Below are positions 58,722 through 64,000 of a stretch of DNA of 64,000 bases, piece by piece. Both the position numbers and the translations under genes were made by a program. Under the pieces are notes generated by a model. It was not told the DNA's origin, made no database searches, and was given only the letters and a program-made list of their open reading frames with translations. Numbering within the stretch: the first letter of the stretch is position 1; every line of letters begins with the position of its first letter. Source of the stretch: Tubulanus polymorphus (Eukaryota; Animalia; Nemertea); assembly GCF_964204645.1 (NCBI RefSeq), contig NC_134026.1:31644250-31708249 (forward strand), written 5' to 3'.

Positions 58722-61452
58722 TCACAGATGACCGCTGCTGCCCCCTAGTGTTTGTATAGATGATAATTTTGAAAGGAGTTGCTGTTTTTCTAGGTGTATG
58801 TTAGAACCCTCGTACACGTTGACTAATTCATATTTAGGAGGATCTTCTAAAGCCTGGAAAATAAAGACAACATGCCACAGATAGCTTGAGGATTCTAAAT
58901 GATGATTAATAGAGACTCGGGGGGGGGGGGGGGGGGGGTTCAGTACCTGTTTGCCGAGTATTATAACATAAGGAATTCCCAGTCGTGACGCTTCATATTT
59001 TCGTTTTCCTATCGACATTTTTAAACGATCGTCCAGTATAATTTCACCTCTCAATCCCGATAGCTCTTTATCAATATCACGATATAGTTCCTCCGATAAC
59101 CTATAGGTGTCCTCAGCTCTGAATCCTTCCTGTTTGAACGTATTAATTTGTAATTAATTTTTATTTTTTTCAAATACCGGTATTTTTTACGCTCTGAGAA
59201 ATACTTACTTTTTGCGGAATAATACAGATCTGATACGGAGCTATGAGTGACGGCCATTTTATTTTATCGTCGTCTGATAAAACTTCAACTGCAGCAGCCA
59301 AAATACGGGTGACTCCTAAACCGTAACATCCCATAACTAATACACTACAAATAGAGAGAAGAATGATGTACATTATCAGTGGATTGGAGCAGACCCTGCT
59401 GCCATGGAATTCACTGCCTGTGGAGGATAATTACTTTTCTCACAAGATCACAGTCTACTGTAGATCAGAGGTGATCACAGTCTACTGTAGATCAGAGGTG
59501 ATCACAGTCTACTGTAGATCAGAGATGATCACGGACTACTGCAGATCAGAGGCTAGCCCACAGTCTACTGTAGGTCAGAGGTGATCACAGTCTACTGTAG
59601 ATCAGAGGCAAGCCCGCAGTCTACTGTAGATCAGAGGTGATCACAGTACTGTAGGTCACAGGTAATATAGCTCAATTAAAACTTACTTTGGTTTACGAAA
59701 TTCGTTGAGATAATTAGCCTTAAACACTGAGGAATATTTAGTACCCAATAGAAATGTGTGTCCGACCTATAAAATATAAATATATCAAATATTTCAATGA
59801 ATTAAAGTCTATTTATAACTGAAGAACTGGAACCAGTTGACCTCGATTCCATTTTGTTTTCGAAAAGTTCCTGTTCCACATTTTGGACACAAAACTTCTT
59901 TATCATCAGCCATTTCTACAAATAGATGAAAATAAATAATTGTTTTCAAAAGTTGATGTTCTATCGATGAATATTCCCAATATAAAACTACGTACCCAAT
60001 AACTCTTTATTTGAACCAATCTTACAGCTGAAAATACATCGAATAATATTTCATTTCAACACAATATTCAATCAATAAACGATAAGTGATAATTGAGTAC
60101 CTACGTGTTACAGATGAGTAAAGTATCCTCTCCAATATCAGTAGATATATGGTACTCATGTGATAAAGAGCCACCTATATTCCCAGTAGCACCTTCCACT
60201 AGAAAATGAACAAACTTCAAATTTACTTCAATCTTAAGTGCAGTAGGAGAGTAGTATAGTGTAGTTATAGTGTAGTTATAGTGTATCTGATATCTAATTT
60301 TACCTTTAATAAAATCAAGTTGTAGTTGGTTGAATATTCTATTGTAAGCCTCACATACTTTATCATAAGTTAATTTAGCTGCTTGTTCATTTACATCAAA
60401 CGTGTACAAATCTGAGAAAATACATTAAAAAAAACACATTTCAATAAAACATTCGAGATTGAGATTTCTCTAAATACTTACCTTTCATCAGGAATCCTCT
60501 AGCTCTCAGTAAACCGTGTTTAGATCGAGATTGAGATTGCTCTAAATACTTACCTTTCATCAGGAATCCTCTAGCTCTCAGTAAACCGTGTTTAGATCGA
60601 GATCGAGATTGCTCTAAATACTTACCTTTCATCAGGAATTCTCGAGCTCTCAGTAAACCGTGTTTAGGTTGTATTTCATCTCTGTATTTCCAGGTTATTT
60701 GATAGAGTAGAAGTGGAAGTCGTTTATAAGAGATTCCAGGATGATTCATCGAAGAAACTAATGATGTAATCGCTTCTTCGTGAGTCTCATGTAAATAAAC
60801 AATTACAACAATAATCAAAGTTCTCGGCCCTAGATACAGCCTTGTCTCCTAATAGGATAAACAACCCAGTCTTACTACCTTAACTTACCGGTGCTAAACA
60901 ATAATCATTACCATGACGATCATTTAATCTGAATAGTTCGGAGCCCATTTCTGACCAGCGTCCTGTAATAGAGGGTATATAGTAACGCTGTAATGTGTGA
61001 TATCCACGACGACCGGTTACGGACTCGTGAAATACTCACCCGATTTCTTCCACAGTTTACCAGCTGTTAAACACGGCATCGCTATTTTCTGTGCGTCGAT
61101 ATTAGACATTTCTATATCTATTAATTGTTGAAGTTTATGAAGAACACGAAGTCCGATCGGTAGAATATAAAACGCTCCAGGGTAACTGTGTTGTATGATA
61201 CCATTATAAACCATTAACTGTGAATTATACAAATAAACACTTTACTCAATATTCACTGTCTCTCAATTCAACCGTGCATTTTATCATTCTTACTTTATGA
61301 CTTAAACAACTGTGTTCTAGATGTTGCGGTATCGTCTGCGCCAATATTCCTGCCTCTATCAATTTTGACATACGAGTATACGACAAGCAGCGAACTGCGG
61401 CAAGCGAGGGCTGCCGAATTCTGTGACATTTAACAAGAATCGATTGATACAT
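58722..61452 (-). CDS. PARS2: Mitochondrial prolyl-tRNA synthetase, multi-exon
   Basis: [141 protein letters not shown]; Arg-rich N-terminal presequence. Confidence 0.94.
59445..59660. repeat. 27-bp intronic tandem repeat
   Basis: (gatcacagtctactgtagatcagaggt)n. Confidence 0.85.
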
Positions 61453-62061
61453 ATTCGATAAATCGATCAGAAATCAAAGTTTCCAGAGCCGCATCAATTG
61501 AACTGTCATCCATGCGCAACGACCTTGAGTTCAATAAAATGTGATATTGAATTTATTAATTCGGACCACCGGACGGACGCGTACGTAACGGAGCCTTCCT
61601 CGGCGCAGTTAGAGGTCCTCCATAGACATCAGTTCATTGTATTTCCTCCAGGGGTCAGCGATGTGAGCACTTTGGTAGTTCAGGGTATCTCCTATAGGGG
61701 TCACTGATTCACTTTAAACAACAACTAACAGATCGATTTCTATATAACACAAGATAGTTATAAGTTTTTATTATGCAACTGATGACAAACAGTTTTACAA
61801 TTGAGAGAAACAGTTTATTGTTTACATAAGTTAACTGGCAATTAGGATGTTCATATCTCCTATTAATCTGCAGCCTGGACCCTGTGGGCACCACCTCTGT
61901 ACCCCCTGAACCTGCTGGTACCCCCCCTCTGTACCCCCTGAACCGTAAACGATCTATAAACATGCAACTATTGACCCGTCTCATCCTGGCCCTCATTTCC
62001 AGGCCACAGATTCTGAGAATAAATGTATTTACATTAAAGAAAGTTACTGCGGTAAGTGAGT

Positions 62062-63315
62062 TTATAATTGAATCAGATTTTCATCATTGATCGGGCTGTG
62101 ATCTGTATTCCTGACCGATCGGCGACGACCTTGACTGACAGCTGCTGTGACCTTGCCGCGACCTGATCGTCTGTGAAGTAAACAATAGAACAGATCAATA
62201 AACAGAACTCACTGGAACGAGTTCTTTAAATAACTCATCTCCGTCTAACTCACCTGGGAGTTCGCGGAGAAAATGATATTAAATCTTGAACGGCCGACAC
62301 TGTAGTAGTCATTCTCGTAGCAGTTACTCCTGGATTAGGAGCTATTCCCGGTAATAAACTAATCCTTCTCTGTAACGATTAAACATCTCTCAACAACCAC
62401 ATCAACAGATAGATTTAAACCTAGATTAATCGTCAACGAACCTCATCATTTCCGGGTGTTATTTCTATTTTCAAGTTATTGAATGTAGAAGGGCTGTTCT
62501 GTAAGTTGTCGCTAGGTGTCAGCACTGGTGGCGGTGTAGAGAGCGTCGATAAAGGAGGTGAGAAAGCTTCGACGAGTGATATATTTTCTGATTGTAAATC
62601 AAACGAAGAATTGCTGAAACGCTGGCCACGAGATGAGCTACGCTGCCGTCCTGTAAATAGACATATCCAATATACCGAACTATAGCAGACGCAATCCTTC
62701 TGAGTGGGAATCATTTTATTAAACAGGAGTCACCCCTCAGAGTAGGAGTCACCCCTCAGAGTAGGAGTCACCCTGAGTCTGTACAGTACTCACTGATGGA
62801 TGCAGTGTTGTTTGGAGTCATTGAATTTTCTGACGATTTTTTCTGTGAATTCAATCTCACACTACGTCGTCTGCCAGTTGACATAGGTGTCCTACAGGTG
62901 GCAGCACTGGGTAGAACGTGTTTTTTCTTCGCCGAATAAGAATGTCGATCGAATTCAGATTTCAAATCTCGTTTATTTTGACTCGGCATTTCTGCATCTT
63001 CTCGTAAAGAATTCTCAAGTTCCATCCGTTCTGTAAATACAAATCAAAAACAGTTGTAACAATAGATCGGAAAATTTAAATATTCGTTCTCTGATTTCTG
63101 CAGTGACGTGACGACTGATTGTCACTACTGGGATTCACTTGTAGTCTCAAGAGAGAATATAGATTGAGATCTGATCTGTCCTCACTTACCAGGGTCGGTA
63201 TCTGTAGGTAGTAAATATTGTAAGAATGGTGAATCTGCAGCTGCCGCAGCTGCCGCTGCTGCTGAACCACTGCTCACAGTTTGTTGTGTGAATTTCACAG
63301 ATTTCGGCGTCTTAC
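62062..63315 (-). CDS. 3' exons of an unidentified protein (Ser/Pro/basic low-complexity tail); 5' part beyond the right edge
   Basis: GT-AG-bounded open exons at ~63190-63315, 62771-63030, 62441-62651, 62254-62367 and 62062-62170, ending ...HSPINDENLIQL*. No domain recognised. Confidence 0.65.
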
Positions 63316-63347
63316 TACAAATATAAAACCAAATTTGTCCTTTAATC

Positions 63348-64000
63348 ACAAGTCCACCACCTCGGTCCACCCTACCAAGTCCACCACCTCGGTCCACCCT
63401 ACCAAGTCTACCACCTCGGTCCACCCAACCAAGTCCACCACCTCAGTCCACCCTACCAAGTCTACCACCTCGGTCCACCCAACCAAGTCCACCACCTCGG
63501 TCCACCCAACCAAGTCCACCACCTCGGTCCACCCTACCAAGTCTACCACCTCGGTCCACCCAACCAAGTCCACCACCTCAGTCCACCCTACCAAGTCCAC
63601 CACCTCAGTCCACCCTACCAAGTCCACCACCTCAGTCCACCCTACCAAGTCCACCACCTCGGTCCACCCTACCAAGTCTACCACCTCGGTCCACCCAACC
63701 AAGTCTACCACCTCGGTCCACCCTACCAAGTCTACCACCTCGGTCCACCCTACCAAGTCCACCACCTCGGTCCACCCTACCAAGTCAACCACCTCGGTCC
63801 ACCCAACCAAGTCCACCACCTCGGTCCACCCAACCAAGTCCACCACCTCAGTCCACCCTACCAAGTCTACCACCTCGGTCCACCCAACCAAGTCCACCAC
63901 CTCGGTCCACCCAACCAAGTCCACCACCTCGGTCCACCCTACCAAGTCTACCACCTCGGTCCACCCAACCAAGTCCACCACCTCAGTCCACCCTACCAAG
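63348..64000. repeat. 27-bp intronic minisatellite
   Basis: (caagtccaccacctcggtccaccctac)n. Confidence 0.95.

Noticed and set aside
63346-63999. 217-aa VGWTEVVDL repeat ORF
   Set aside because: 27-bp minisatellite upstream of a clear acceptor at ~63316; most likely intronic.

Overview
Gene-dense, intron-rich animal genomic DNA (AT-rich, short GT-AG introns; probably a lophotrochozoan invertebrate, which is inference). Ten recognisable spliced genes in order: SLK/STK10 (-, runs off the left edge), NSD (+), EDRF1 (-), MIC60/IMMT (-), MRPL35 (+), SMIM8 (+), SERBP1 (-), EIF2B2 (-), PRELID1 (+), PARS2 (-), plus the 3' end of an unidentified gene (-). Many introns carry private minisatellites or small TIR elements, which explain most long ORFs in the track. 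Main observations: (1) six tandem 69-bp minimal type I hammerhead ribozyme motifs at the apex of a ~565-bp foldback element in the last EDRF1 intron, antisense to the gene; (2) a ~22-copy tRNA-like (Pol III box A/box B) satellite between the convergent NSD and EDRF1 genes, interrupted by a hairpin carrying CTCF-like motifs; (3) a ~1-kb inverted duplication, one arm split by a TIR transposon, downstream of an orphan promoter (possible hairpin RNA locus); (4) tandem repeats that multiply splice signals; (5) candidate microexons. All coordinates and exon boundaries were read by eye and may be off by a few bases.
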